A stretch of DNA of 64,000 nucleotides from Calcarisporiella thermophila CBS 279.70. Taxonomy: Eukaryota; Fungi; Calcarisporiellomycota. The notes beneath the pieces were generated by a model that saw nothing but the letters and a program-made list of their open reading frames with translations, was not told the origin of the DNA and made no database searches. How positions within the stretch are numbered: the first letter of the stretch is position 1; each line of letters starts with the position of its first letter. The stretch covers positions 399,488-463,487 of the forward strand of contig NW_027192206.1 in assembly GCF_041956535.1 (NCBI RefSeq), given 5' to 3'. Made by a program: the position numbers and the translations under genes. Of the stretch, positions 42,188-52,350 are shown piece after piece.

Positions 42188-43940
42188 CTACAGTATCAAT
42201 TCCTTGGCCACGTAGGAAAACCCCTCGAACATGCCGTTGGCACCCATGCTGCCAACCGCGGATGAGCTTCGCCCACACGCTACACAAAACGAGCCCTGGT
42301 TTCTCCAACACGCGCTGCACCCGCAAAGACTGTCCTCCTGCCTGAGCTTCAATTTCAAACCGACCTTGGATGCTGGAATCTTAAGCGCGCCAGTGGCAGG
42401 CGTGTGGTTTAGATAGGAGGCGGCCAGGGTTGGGGAGGCGGGCGACGGTCTACTCTTGCTAGAGGCGAGAGACGAGTTTGCCAGTGACAGCTTCTGAAAA
42501 TTCTCGGCGAGCTCGGGCCGTGTGACATGGGGTATGATGGGCGGGGTTACCTCTTTGGCCTCAAGAGCACGCCAATCTATGTGGCGGAAGAAGCGGTGTG
42601 ATTTCAGGGCAGATATCCCTTCGGGGCCACTGCCAAGCCGCATGTTGGGGTTCTTTCGAAGGAGCTAACGCCAAAAAGAGGAAGAGAAGAGAGAGAGCGT
42701 TAGAGAAATCTGACTGCGAGGGAAAGAGGGAGAGGACTTACGAGAGTGATGAGATCTTTGGCATCGGCGGAGAGGTGCCATGGAAGACGAAGCTTGTTGT
42801 TTAGGATTGCCTCCATGGTCCGTTTGCGGTTATACGACGTAAACGGTGGCTAGAGGGGAGGGGGTGGGGGTGGACAATTAGCCAATCTGGCCTCCTTACA
42901 ACCAACCCACGAAGCAATACTTACCGAGCCGGTTAGCATATCGTAGAGCATGATCCCTAGGCTCCACACATCCACCGTGCGGTCGTAGTCCACCTGCAGC
43001 AGCATTTCAGGCGCCATGTACTCCACCGTCCCGCACACGGTGCTCGCTCGCCCATCCTCTCCCGCGGCAACCTTACTCAGCCCAAAGTCCGTGATCAGGA
43101 TGTGACCCTCCCGATCCAACATGCAATTTTCGGGCTTAAGGTCGCGATAGATGATGCCACGATTATGGAGGTGTTCAAGAGCGAGCACCAGCTCTGCGAT
43201 GTAGAATGCAGCGACGCGCTCCGAGAATTTTCCCTCTGAAAACACGGAAGAGGTTAGCAATGGGGGCGCAATAGTAGGGCCGCAGGTGCTTGGGGACTGA
43301 AAAGCCACCTACCTTTTTCCATGTGGGTGAAGAGCTCGCCGCCACACGCGTACTCCATAACCAGGTAGAGGTACTGCTCGGTTTGGAACGCAAAGCACAG
43401 TTTGACAATGAAAGGATGACATGCCTCCTCCAGGATGCTCCGTTCCGCTTTGATATGTTCGGTGTCTTTCTTGACCCCCATGATGGAGGCCTTCTTCAAC
43501 ACTTTCATGGCGTACAGCTCCCCATCCCGCTTATGCCGCACCAAGTACACCTTCCCGTAGGCACCTTTGCCCAGTACTCTCAGTGTGTCGAAATCATCGG
43601 GCCCAACGCGTGCCGTGGCGGGCGGGCCGTTCTTGGCGCGCGAAATGTACGGAGAAGGGATGGGAAGTGCGAGATGTTGGGCACAAGTGTCAAGGGTGCG
43701 GGCGGCCTGAGGATAATCTTCGCTTGTTCGCGCGGAGGTAGAGGTGGAGGTGGAGGTGGAGGATGAGAGGGCCAAAAGGTCCCAGGGCGAAGCGCGGGAT
43801 GGGTTGAAGGAGGGCGACGGGAAATGCGGAGGGTCGTGGCCGAGAAGATGGGCAATGGAGTTGTCCCAACTGTCCATGCTGCTTAGGGATTCGCTGTATT
43901 TTGATTCAGTTTCCTCAGGGCTGAGGGCCAGTTGGTACAT
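42188..43940 (-). CDS. AGC Ser/Thr kinase, S6K/Psk1-like, multi-exon
   Basis: [48 protein letters not shown], hydrophobic motif FEGFSYV. Confidence 0.9.
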
Positions 43941-44435
43941 GGTGGAGCGAAAGAGGGTGCGTGCGGGTGTGAGAGAAGACGGGGGGGATGCGCGAATGTG
44001 AGAAAAGAGGAGGGAAGAGAGAGCAAGCGGACAAGAACAAGCAAGCAGCAGGGAAAAAACAAGCAATGAGGACGACACATTAAGCGAATCGCTAACTAGG
44101 TTTAATTCCCTATCCCTCACCCCAAAGATAGAATACCGGAATCTTAATTACGAATTTTGTGCCCTCTTATCAATGGTCAATCAAATCAGTTTTGTTGGGA
44201 AAAGTCTTCGTTACCGCCAACTCTAACCAAAGGTTGGAAATCTGCGGAAATCGGTCCCCCCACGGTCCCTTAACAAGGAAGATAGGCGATGGAGTAGATA
44301 GCAAAGGGGCATAGGAAGAAGAGAAAACTGCAACCCGCTTTATTTATAATGATGCTTTTAAACACTCTAACACTCCAATCCGCCCAACAAGAAAGAGCTT
44401 CCCTCTTTTGTAGCCGTCCAGGTCCCCCAGCACGT

Positions 44436-46644
44436 TTATTCCCAGGATTTCTCTAATAGGTTGGGGACTGGATGTGTGCGATAGTAGTTGATAACCTTGA
44501 GTGACTTCTCTGCGATAGCCTCCGGATAAAGACCAAACTTCTTGTATACGTCCTATTAGGAAAGGGGGGGAGAGATATCGGTGAGAAGGCCGTGCCTGAA
44601 ACAAAGTCCAATAGTCCGACTCCGGGAAATCAACTTACGAGATAAGGGCCCGAGGCACCAAAGGTTGTCATTCCAAGGGGGGCGTGCGCGTATTTCTGCC
44701 ACCCAAACGTGGTCATGGCCTCCACGGAGACGACGGGCACGCCGGCGGGGAACACCTGCTGCTTGTACTCCAAGGGCTGCTCCTCGAAGAGCTCCATGCA
44801 AGGAACGGACACGACTCGGACACTCACGCCCTGGCCCTCGAGCAACTTGGCGGCCTCCATGCAGATGGAAACTTCCGAGCCGGTGGCGGCCAAGATCACC
44901 TGCGCGTTGGACGAGTCCTTTAGCACGTAGCCGCCCTTCATGGCCTTCTCGATGGAGGAGCCGTCAAAGTGGGGCAAGTTTTGGCGCGACAGGGCCAGAA
45001 CGGAGGGGCGGCTGCGGTTGAGGATGGCGGCGGCGTAGCAGCCCGAGGTCTCGTTTCCGTCGGCGGGGCGCATGACGAGCATGTTGGGGGTGGCGCGGCA
45101 AAGGGCCAGGGTCTCGATCGGCTGGTGGGTGGGGCCGTCCTCGCCCAAGCCGATCGAGTCGTGGGTCATAACATAGATGGTCTGGAGGTGGGAGAGAGCC
45201 GAGAGGCGCACGGCGCCCCAGGCATAGGTGATGAAGTTGAGGAAGGTGCCGCCGTACGGAATGATGCCACCATAGGCGGCCATGCCGTTCATGATGGCGG
45301 CCATGCCGTGCTCGCGGACGCCGTAGCGAACATAGCGGCCCGAGTAGTTGCCGAGGCCGGAGGAGGGGGGCTGGAAGTCGACGGCGGTGGACCACCGGGT
45401 CAAGTTCGAGCCGGTCAAGTCCGCCGAACCGCCGACGAGCTCGGGCAGCACCTCGACCAGCTTGGTGAGCACCATCTCCGAGAGTTTGCGGGTGGCGACG
45501 GGCTTGTCGGCCGCGGTGAAGCTGGGCAGGGCCTTCTCCCATCCTGCGGGGAGCTCTCCCTTGATGCGGCGCTGGAGCTCGGCCGCCTCCTCGGGGTACT
45601 TCTCCGCGTACCGCTGCAACAGCTCGGTCCACTGGCGCTCCTTCTCGGCGCCCCTTGCGGCCACCTCGCGATAGAAAGCGTACACCTCATCGGGCACTTG
45701 GAACGTGGCCTCGGGGTCGAACCCAAACTTGGCCTTGACCTGCTTGATGTCCTCGGCATCGAGCGGAGAGCCGTGCACCTTCTCCTGGCCCTGGAGCTTG
45801 GAGCCGTACCCGATCGTCGTGCGGATCTTGATGAGGGTGGGCTTGTTCTTCTCCAGCTTGGCTGCCGAGATGGCCGCGTCCAGACCGGCAAGGTCGTGGT
45901 CGCCATCCTGCAGGGTGAGGACCTGCCACCCATAGGACTCGAAGCGCTTGACAACGTCCTCGGTGAAGCTGACGTCGGTGTCGCCATCGATGGTGATGTG
46001 GTTGTCGTCGTAGAGACCGATCAGGTTCCCAAGCTGCAAATGGCCGGCGAGCGAGGCAGCCTCGCCCGAGACACCCTCCTGCAGACACCCGTCGCCCACG
46101 ATAAAGTAGGTGTAGTTGTTCACGAGTTCGAAGCCGTCCCTGTTGAAAAGCGCGGCCAAATGGGCCTGGGCCATGGCAAGACCCACTGCATTGGCAATGC
46201 CCTGGCCCAAAGGCCCGGTGGTGACCTCGATTCCGGGAGTCATGTAGTTCTCAGGATGGCCAGGGGTAATGCTGTCGAGTTGGCGGAACTGCTTGAGATC
46301 CTCCATAGAGACCTGGTATCCTAGGAGATGCAACATGGTGTATTGTAGTGCACATGCGTGTCCATTGGAGAGGACAAACCGGTCGCGGTTGAACCATTTG
46401 GGATTGGAGGGGTTTGCATTGATGTGTTTGGAGAAGAGAACATGAGTCATGGGGGCGCAGCCCATGGGCGCACCTGCGAGAGAAGGGGACAGACTTGGGT
46501 AAACAACAAGCCCTACCGAATTATGAAGGCAAGCAAGGGTAAGCAAGCGGACTCACCGGGATGGCCAGAGTTGGATTTGCGGGTAATGTCGCCCGCAAGG
46601 ACACGGATAGTGTTGATGCAGACGTTGTCGATGGTATGTGTCAT
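44436..46644 (-). CDS. TKL1: Transketolase, 3 exons
   Basis: SGHPGAPMG, DRFVLSNGH, GDGCLQEG (TPP-binding), YGVREH, THDSIGLGEDGPTHQP; strong GC3 bias; last exon DVYKKFGL...KSWE*. Confidence 0.97.
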
Positions 46645-47304
46645 GGATGGGGATGCAAGAAGAGGCAGCAAGCAAAAGAAGCAAAGGCGAGCGGGAAAAA
46701 GGGGCTTAAATAACACGAAGGGAGAAGGGGGCAGGAGGAGGGAAAAGCGGGAACTTAGTAATAAGCGAGGACGGGTGAACCCGAGATAGCGAAGCTCGAG
46801 GAAATACGCGAAAATAAACATCCCAACATCAAATCGATTCGCTGCTCAACACATTTCAAACCGTCGCGCGCCCATTGGCCAGGACGAAGTTTGAGAATCT
46901 TCGGCTGGGCGGAAAAACCCAAGCACCCCTCCTGAGCGGCCGAAATCACGGCCCTCGCGTTAGTCAGATACTTTTATCTGCACAGTTTCACGAACCAGCC
47001 TAAATCCCAGAGCATATCTCCGGGCTATCCAGTGGTCAATGTGCCCGCTTGCCGCAGAGGCACATTATATGCATCCAGGGCGCAGTTTGTCAGAGGGCGG
47101 GAGCCTGTCTTTCTGACAACTACGGGCATCCATTTTGCATTGTGGTTTCGGCCCCCGTGAGCAAGGCCCTCAGGGGAAAGAACAGCCAAAGTGGGCGAAT
47201 CAAGAAAAAAAAAAAGAAGAGTTTATCATTGTAACAGTAGAAAGGACAACGAAAGAGATCGGAAAAGAAAAAAAGAGAAAGAAAAATATTACAAGTTTCC
47301 AAGT

Positions 47305-47823
47305 CTATGCTTTTGTTTCCTGAACCGGCTGCTGGGCCGCCTTCTCCTCTATAATGCCCAGGCGTTGTACGTTGCTCTTCGCGGCAGCGTCAGAGTATTT
47401 GCGCGAGGCCTCCTCTGCTTTCCGTCGTGCCTCGATTTGTTTTACTTGCTGGGACTGAATCTGCTGGAATCGCTTAATCTAAATGCGAATCATGGTCACC
47501 ATGAAATGCTGCATAGAGGGGAAAAATAACCACTGTCAAATCCTACCTCCTTCGTGTGGTGCAAGCATTCGAGATAGTCATCTCGTTGTAATACGCACTC
47601 ATCAGGGCGATCCGCCATGGCGTAACATTTGTGAAATTCTTGCCAATAGGCAAAGCATCGGCCGCTACCTATTTCAGTTGAAATATAAAAAAAAATTAGG
47701 AAATCAAGGCAGGTCGAGATGCTCAAGAGGTGGAATGGCCTTCAATAGGTCTCCGATTTCAACAGCCCTTGGATGAATTAATATAAGAGACATACCGCCA
47801 TAGAAACCGTATCCAGATGCCAT
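47305..47823 (-). CDS. NDUFS5: Complex I subunit NDUFS5-like (twin CX9C), 3 exons
   Basis: MASGYGFYGG..GRCFAYWQEFHKC...ECVLQRDDYLECLHH matches the fungal NDUFS5 pattern. Confidence 0.88.
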
Positions 47824-47973
47824 CTCGATCTATATATCTTTTTTGAAATAGCTACTAGGTCAAGTTTAAGTGTTTATCGAACTGGGGTTTTTGTGGATGA
47901 CGTATTAATTAGGTTAGGTTATTCGAATGGAGTCTGAAAGTTGCCTAATGTAAACAAAGCCATTTTTCGCAAG

Positions 47974-47980
47974 TATAAAA
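47974..47980 (+). promoter_or_regulatory. TATA box of the snoRNA host gene
   Basis: TATAAAA about 30 nt upstream of a long pyrimidine tract that precedes the first host exon; lies between the host and the divergent NDUFS5 gene. Confidence 0.55.
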
Positions 47981-48162
47981 AGAGTTCCATTTTGGAGACC
48001 TTTGGACTCTATCTCTTTTCTTTCCTTTATCTTACCTCGTATGTTTACACCCTAAACCTCACCCTTTTTCTTGATCTCTACCCTTGCACGCCATTATGAA
48101 TACTACCGAGGTATTTTTCGCCATATTTTCGTTTTTTTTCCTCCCGTTTTGAAAAGCTCTAC

Positions 48163-48230
48163 GGGATGACAACCTTTATTTTTCAAACTAGAGTCTCCGA
48201 TACAGTATGAGAGACAATTTTATATTCTGA
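48163..48230 (+). ncRNA. snR78: Box C/D snoRNA snR78 homolog (guides LSU Um2421, yeast numbering)
   Basis: C box GGGATGA; guide TCAAACTAGAGTC complementary to LSU GACUCUAGUUUGA; D' CCGA puts the +5 position on GAC[U]; D box CTGA; terminal stem GAAAAGC/GCTTTTC. Confidence 0.9.
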
Positions 48231-48377
48231 TGCTTTTCTCTTTTTCTGTTCGTGTTTCCTGGCTTTTGAAGGGTTTACTAAATCCATGCATATTTGTTTA
48301 GATGCTCGATTTTTAGCGCAAACGAGTGACAAGCGAATTTCAACATAGAGGTAAATATTATTTCCATCATTATGGTT

Positions 48378-48453
48378 GCGATGAAGAAAACATTTATACG
48401 TCAAAAAGCTGGAATTACCGGCTGAATTATTGTGATGTTAATGGCGCATCTGA
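48378..48453 (+). ncRNA. snR77: Box C/D snoRNA snR77 homolog (guides SSU Um578)
   Basis: C box GCGATGA; guide AGCTGGAATTACCG complementary to SSU CGGUAAUUCCAGCU; D' CTGA with +5 on CGG[U]; C' GTGATGT; D CTGA. Confidence 0.92.
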
Positions 48454-48608
48454 GCAAACCCATTTTATGTAATGACAATTTCCGTCACTCGTGCTCATAG
48501 TAACGGTTTTCTTTGATTGTAGTGGATTTGGAGACAATGTAAACACACGAGGCCCCGTTGGTTCCAAGTCTTATTGTAAGTAACTCTCCCTTATCGGCGT
48601 TGAATAGA

Positions 48609-48690
48609 ATGATGAAACGCACTGGGCACTGAAAACCTCATGTTTGAAAGTGCTTAATAACACCGGGTTCCAGAAATCACCCGCTCCTGA
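48609..48690 (+). ncRNA. snR76: Box C/D snoRNA snR76 homolog (guides LSU Cm2197)
   Basis: C box ATGATGA; guide GCACTGGGCA complementary to LSU UGCCCAGUGC; D' CTGA; second element CAGAAATCAC complementary to adjacent GUGAUUUCUG; D CTGA. Confidence 0.9.
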
Positions 48691-48857
48691 CTCATTCTTT
48701 TAAATGACTCTTTTTCAATCATGGTGGATGGAGATCTAATGACCGTATATATCGAATTAGATCCATGCATTTGGTCCCAGCTCGGTCAAAGACAGTCAGC
48801 ATCTCTTAGGGTGAGTTTCTATGCCCTTTCCTTTGGCACTCTTTAAAGGGAGAAAAA

Positions 48858-48927
48858 AGGATGAGAATTTTTTTTTTAGATGACGAGTCAGAACGAGTTA
48901 TCTCTGTTGACACTATGGCATTCCTGA
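48858..48927 (+). ncRNA. snR75: Box C/D snoRNA snR75 homolog (guides LSU Gm2288)
   Basis: C box AGGATGA; TTAGATGACGAG complementary to LSU CUCGUCAUCUAA; GGCATT next to D box CTGA puts +5 on AAU[G]CC. Confidence 0.85.
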
Positions 48928-49099
48928 TTTATTTTCTCTGCCCTTTCCTTGGACTTCAACATTGCATAGAAATACCTGTGCTAACGATAGTTTCCTTGTA
49001 TTTTAGGTGCCGTCTCCGAGTGAGCGTGACCCCCAACCTTTGTTTAGTCGAGTTTTCATGGTACGGCATAAGAAAATAGAATTTTCTTACCAAGTTTAG

Positions 49100-49165
49100 A
49101 GGATGAGCTTAGCATTATCTAGACAAGCATATGTCTGAATGCCCATTTTGAAACATGCTCTCTGA
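49100..49165 (+). ncRNA. snR74: Box C/D snoRNA snR74/U27 homolog (guides SSU Am28)
   Basis: C box AGGATGA; 13-nt guide AGACAAGCATATG complementary to SSU CAUAUGCUUGUCU; D' CTGA with +5 on CAU[A]; D CTGA. Confidence 0.92.
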
Positions 49166-49320
49166 TACTTCCTCTACCACTTATTCGTCATCCTAATCCA
49201 TCCTGGTTATTAACCTGTGGAATCCTCAATTAGGATTACGGATCCTTATTGCGGCCGCTCGACTCCGGTTCGATGAATGAAGGTGAGCCCTCTTTTCCTC
49301 CCTATCCCTCACTAGCTAGC

Positions 49321-49396
49321 GTGATGAAACTTTATTCACGACGGTCAACTGAATCCCTTGATGACCATCCTTTAAAACTAACCCATTTATTTCTGA
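49321..49396 (+). ncRNA. snR73: Box C/D snoRNA snR73/U35 homolog, copy A (guides LSU Cm2959)
   Basis: C box GTGATGA; guide TCACGACGGTC complementary to LSU GACCGUCGUGA; D' CTGA; C' TTGATGA; extra element TAAAACTAACC complementary to GGUUAGUUUUA; D CTGA. Confidence 0.92.
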
Positions 49397-49570
49397 AAAA
49401 TCAACCCATTCATTTTGATTTCTTATGTATGCCTTTTATTAAAGTGCAAGTTGGCTAACCCTCTTAACGCCATTTCTAGATTTCTTGGTGAACCAGGGAT
49501 GTGCAGCGCCGCTAAGCATTTCAAGGTTAGTCTCCACCTCCATTCTTTATCCATCATGTTTTCTTTGAGT

Positions 49571-49647
49571 GTGATGAAACCTTTTTTCACGACGGTCAAC
49601 TGAATCCTTTGATGACCATCCTTTAAAACTAACCCATTTATTTCTGA
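49571..49647 (+). ncRNA. snR73: Box C/D snoRNA snR73/U35 homolog, copy B
   Basis: Near-identical to copy A (same boxes, guide and extra element), in the next intron. Confidence 0.9.
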
Positions 49648-49991
49648 TATTTTTCCTTTTCATCCTTGCATGATAACTCGATTGGAATGATTTGCTAACC
49701 TCTACACTTGTTTATCTCTCTAGGTAAGTCACGCTAAGCCTGCCGCATTAGACCATAGCATTCCATGCATGTGTGGTTTCAATATAAAAAAATAAAATAT
49801 ATCCATTTCAACTAAAAAAAATTGGAAATCGAATTGTTTATGTTTTTAAAAAAAGTATGGGAAGAGATGGGCCCCTATATATGCAAATTAAGTGTATCTA
49901 ATGGCAACAAAAAAAAATCATCATGAAAAAGGGTAGTATACAAAGAGTTTCTACAAAAGAAATGGGCGGGAGGGAGGGGGAACTACCCCTC

Positions 49992-50921
49992 CTATCGAGT
50001 GAACAGTTTCCTTTGGTACTGCGTATTGGGAATGAGATGGGGCGATTCGACTATGTACCGGCGATACGCTTCACGCAGATGTTCGGGACGGATGGGCCCT
50101 TGGTCGCCCCATTCCTCCATGACCTCTTTTGCTAGTTGACAAGAGAGAGCAAAAAAAATAAATGAGACTTGAAGAAAACGACAAGCGAAACAGAGCGCCA
50201 ATCCAAAAATAAGAGAGGGGGAGGGGGAGGGAAGAAAAGGATGGATGAGGAAGGGGTCAAGAGAGAGAGGCAAATACCTTTTTCTACCATTTCGCCCACG
50301 AATACCTTTCCAAAACCGGCTACCACGAAGGCCATAGTGTTGGAACAGGACTGATTAAGGATATTACTGACCAACTGCAGGGATAAGGTGTAGTCATAAT
50401 GCATTAATGCAAAGGATGAACTAGGAGCAAAAGAAAAAACACGTACCCGCTTCACATTGGAGCGGTTCAGCACCGACCGCCTAAAGGCCTCGTAGCGTTC
50501 GAGCTGCTCGGGTGAAAAATTGTCCAGCAACACTCTGTATGCACCGACAAGATCCGGGTTGGAAAAGAGAAAAATAGAAGGGGGGGTCAACGATCCATCT
50601 CTCTTCGAGCCAAGATCCCATGAAATAAACAAACGATCATTACTTCATCTCCTCCTTGGTTCGCGTCAGGAGTCGGATCTTTGTCCGTGCAAGCTGATCC
50701 ACCTGCTCTCCCTGCTCCTCCTCCTCTTCTTCCATTTCCTCTTTTACATTGTCACCCTCCGCCACGGTGGGAGCGGGGGTTGTGGGAGCAAGAGATCCAG
50801 CTCGGGATGGGGGCTGCGAGCGACGGGCTGCGGCTGGCGAAGGTGGGGTCGAGAAGCGAGACTGAGATTTGCCTCGACCGGAAGATTCGGTGCCATAGGA
50901 GGGGTCGAAGGAGGGATTCAT
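49992..50921 (-). CDS. TAF11: TFIID subunit TAF11, multi-exon
   Basis: LLDNFSPEQLERYEAFRRS, VAGFGKVFVGEMVEKA, GPIRPEHLREAYRRY histone-fold motifs. Confidence 0.93.
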
Positions 50922-52350
50922 GGTGGGCAATAAGTGGATTAAGGGGTTATTCACCTCTTCAGCTAAATGGCCCATTTACTTTCCTCCCTATTTTACTAGA
51001 TAAAGCGCGGCGCAGTTTGCATCAGAGCTTGTTTCAGAAAGCGAAATAAAGGAGGCTTATTGAATCCACAATAGAAATGGGAGAGCAAGGACGGAGGCAA
51101 GTGAAAAAGTGCGCTGACCTCGATTATGTTGCTAGACCAAAAGGGTCGACCATGCACAGAGGTAACCCCTTGCTGGTATGCGTCATGCTCTCCTTAATAC
51201 AGCGGGCAACCACGCCCCTCCTTGTCTCATTCGATGCTAGTTGAAAAGGTTGCAAAGGGAGGCAAGGTCGCGGGTGGCCAAGCTGTACCAGCTAAAGATG
51301 CGGGGTAGGAACACAGGCAGAAGCTGGTGGCCATGTCTTCATGCTGCTTGATAATGATGTCAGCTGCATGTCACGCGATTAGACCCGCCTGCCTCAGGGC
51401 TACAAACTGTGTTGTGGATGGGACGGGACGGGGGGGGGGGGATGCGGAGGAGATATACCAGAATTGTACTAAGAGGCATTGACACAGATCGCATCCTGCG
51501 CACAATAAAGCTAAGCATAAGTTTAGTCCCTCGATGAGTAAGCAAAAATGCGCTGGAGTCATCTCCACTGCTTGTTTACAGACCTCAGTGCCCCATCTAA
51601 ACCACCCGGGTTTAGGATTTGGCCATGGTTGAGTTTGGTGGCAATATACGTTCCTCTAAGCAATGCATTGCGCACGAAGCTTTCTTTTGGAGCCCCGCTT
51701 AGCTTCGTACCAAAGCTAGATGGTGGAACGAGCGTTCCTCGGAACGACCCCAGCAGTGGCCAAACTCTCCCCCTCCCCTTCTTTCTCATTGACGGGTTGC
51801 CCACCTTACCGACAACGACCCCATTGAGGAGCAGCTTTTCTGCTGTGATTTTCTAAATTCCTCTCCCAGTTCTCCCCCAGCCTCTCTCTCCCTGCCATCC
51901 GTGATAGACCCTCTTGGTCCCCAGCAAGTCAGTGGGGGCTAAGTCGGTGATTTCAAGCTTTTCTCCCAGGAAGAGAGAGGATATTAATTTATTGATTATA
52001 GAAGAAACTACATATATATATATATATATATCGCAGTCAAGATCGTAAGGAAAAAACAATACGTAGACAAGGTGACAAAAGAAACAAGAGAGTATACGTC
52101 ACAAGGAATAGAAGGGCAAAAAAAAAAATAAAACACAAGATACTAAGTATTATAGCAGAAAATTCACAGCTAAGCTAAAAGAACACACAAACACACAGGC
52201 AGAATTACAACTTTGTGAGGAAAAAAGGAATTTAGAAAAACAGGGCCAAAACTAAAAGAACAGGAAATGAAATAAGAGGGGGTGGAAGCAACACAACAAC
52301 GTCACAATGGAGGCTCGGCATTCTCTCTCATTTGCTCGACGCGGTTATCT

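Larger units (their letters stand above)
48005..49800 (+). ncRNA. Spliced non-coding snoRNA host gene with 7 introns (ends approximate)
   Basis: Introns 48111-48301, 48351-48522, 48576-48760, 48811-49006, 49061-49233, 49283-49479 and 49526-49723, all GT..AG with branch-like motifs; internal exons 46-54 nt; the first AUG of the spliced product reads only MNTTEMLDF*. Confidence 0.85.

Noticed and set aside
44964-46324. Long antisense/alternative-frame ORFs over transketolase (also over the ABC transporter, Axl2-like, C2H2 and RGS genes)
   Set aside because: Explained by high GC3 codon bias that removes stops in shadow frames; no recognisable domains.
49266-49275. GGTTCGAT as a tRNA T-loop or snR72 guide remnant
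   Set aside because: Lies in a host exon, with no cloverleaf or flanking C/D boxes; match too short.
49321-49647. Direct repeat resembling CRISPR repeats or LTR ends
   Set aside because: Only two copies, each with C/D boxes and an rRNA guide; they are duplicate snoRNAs.
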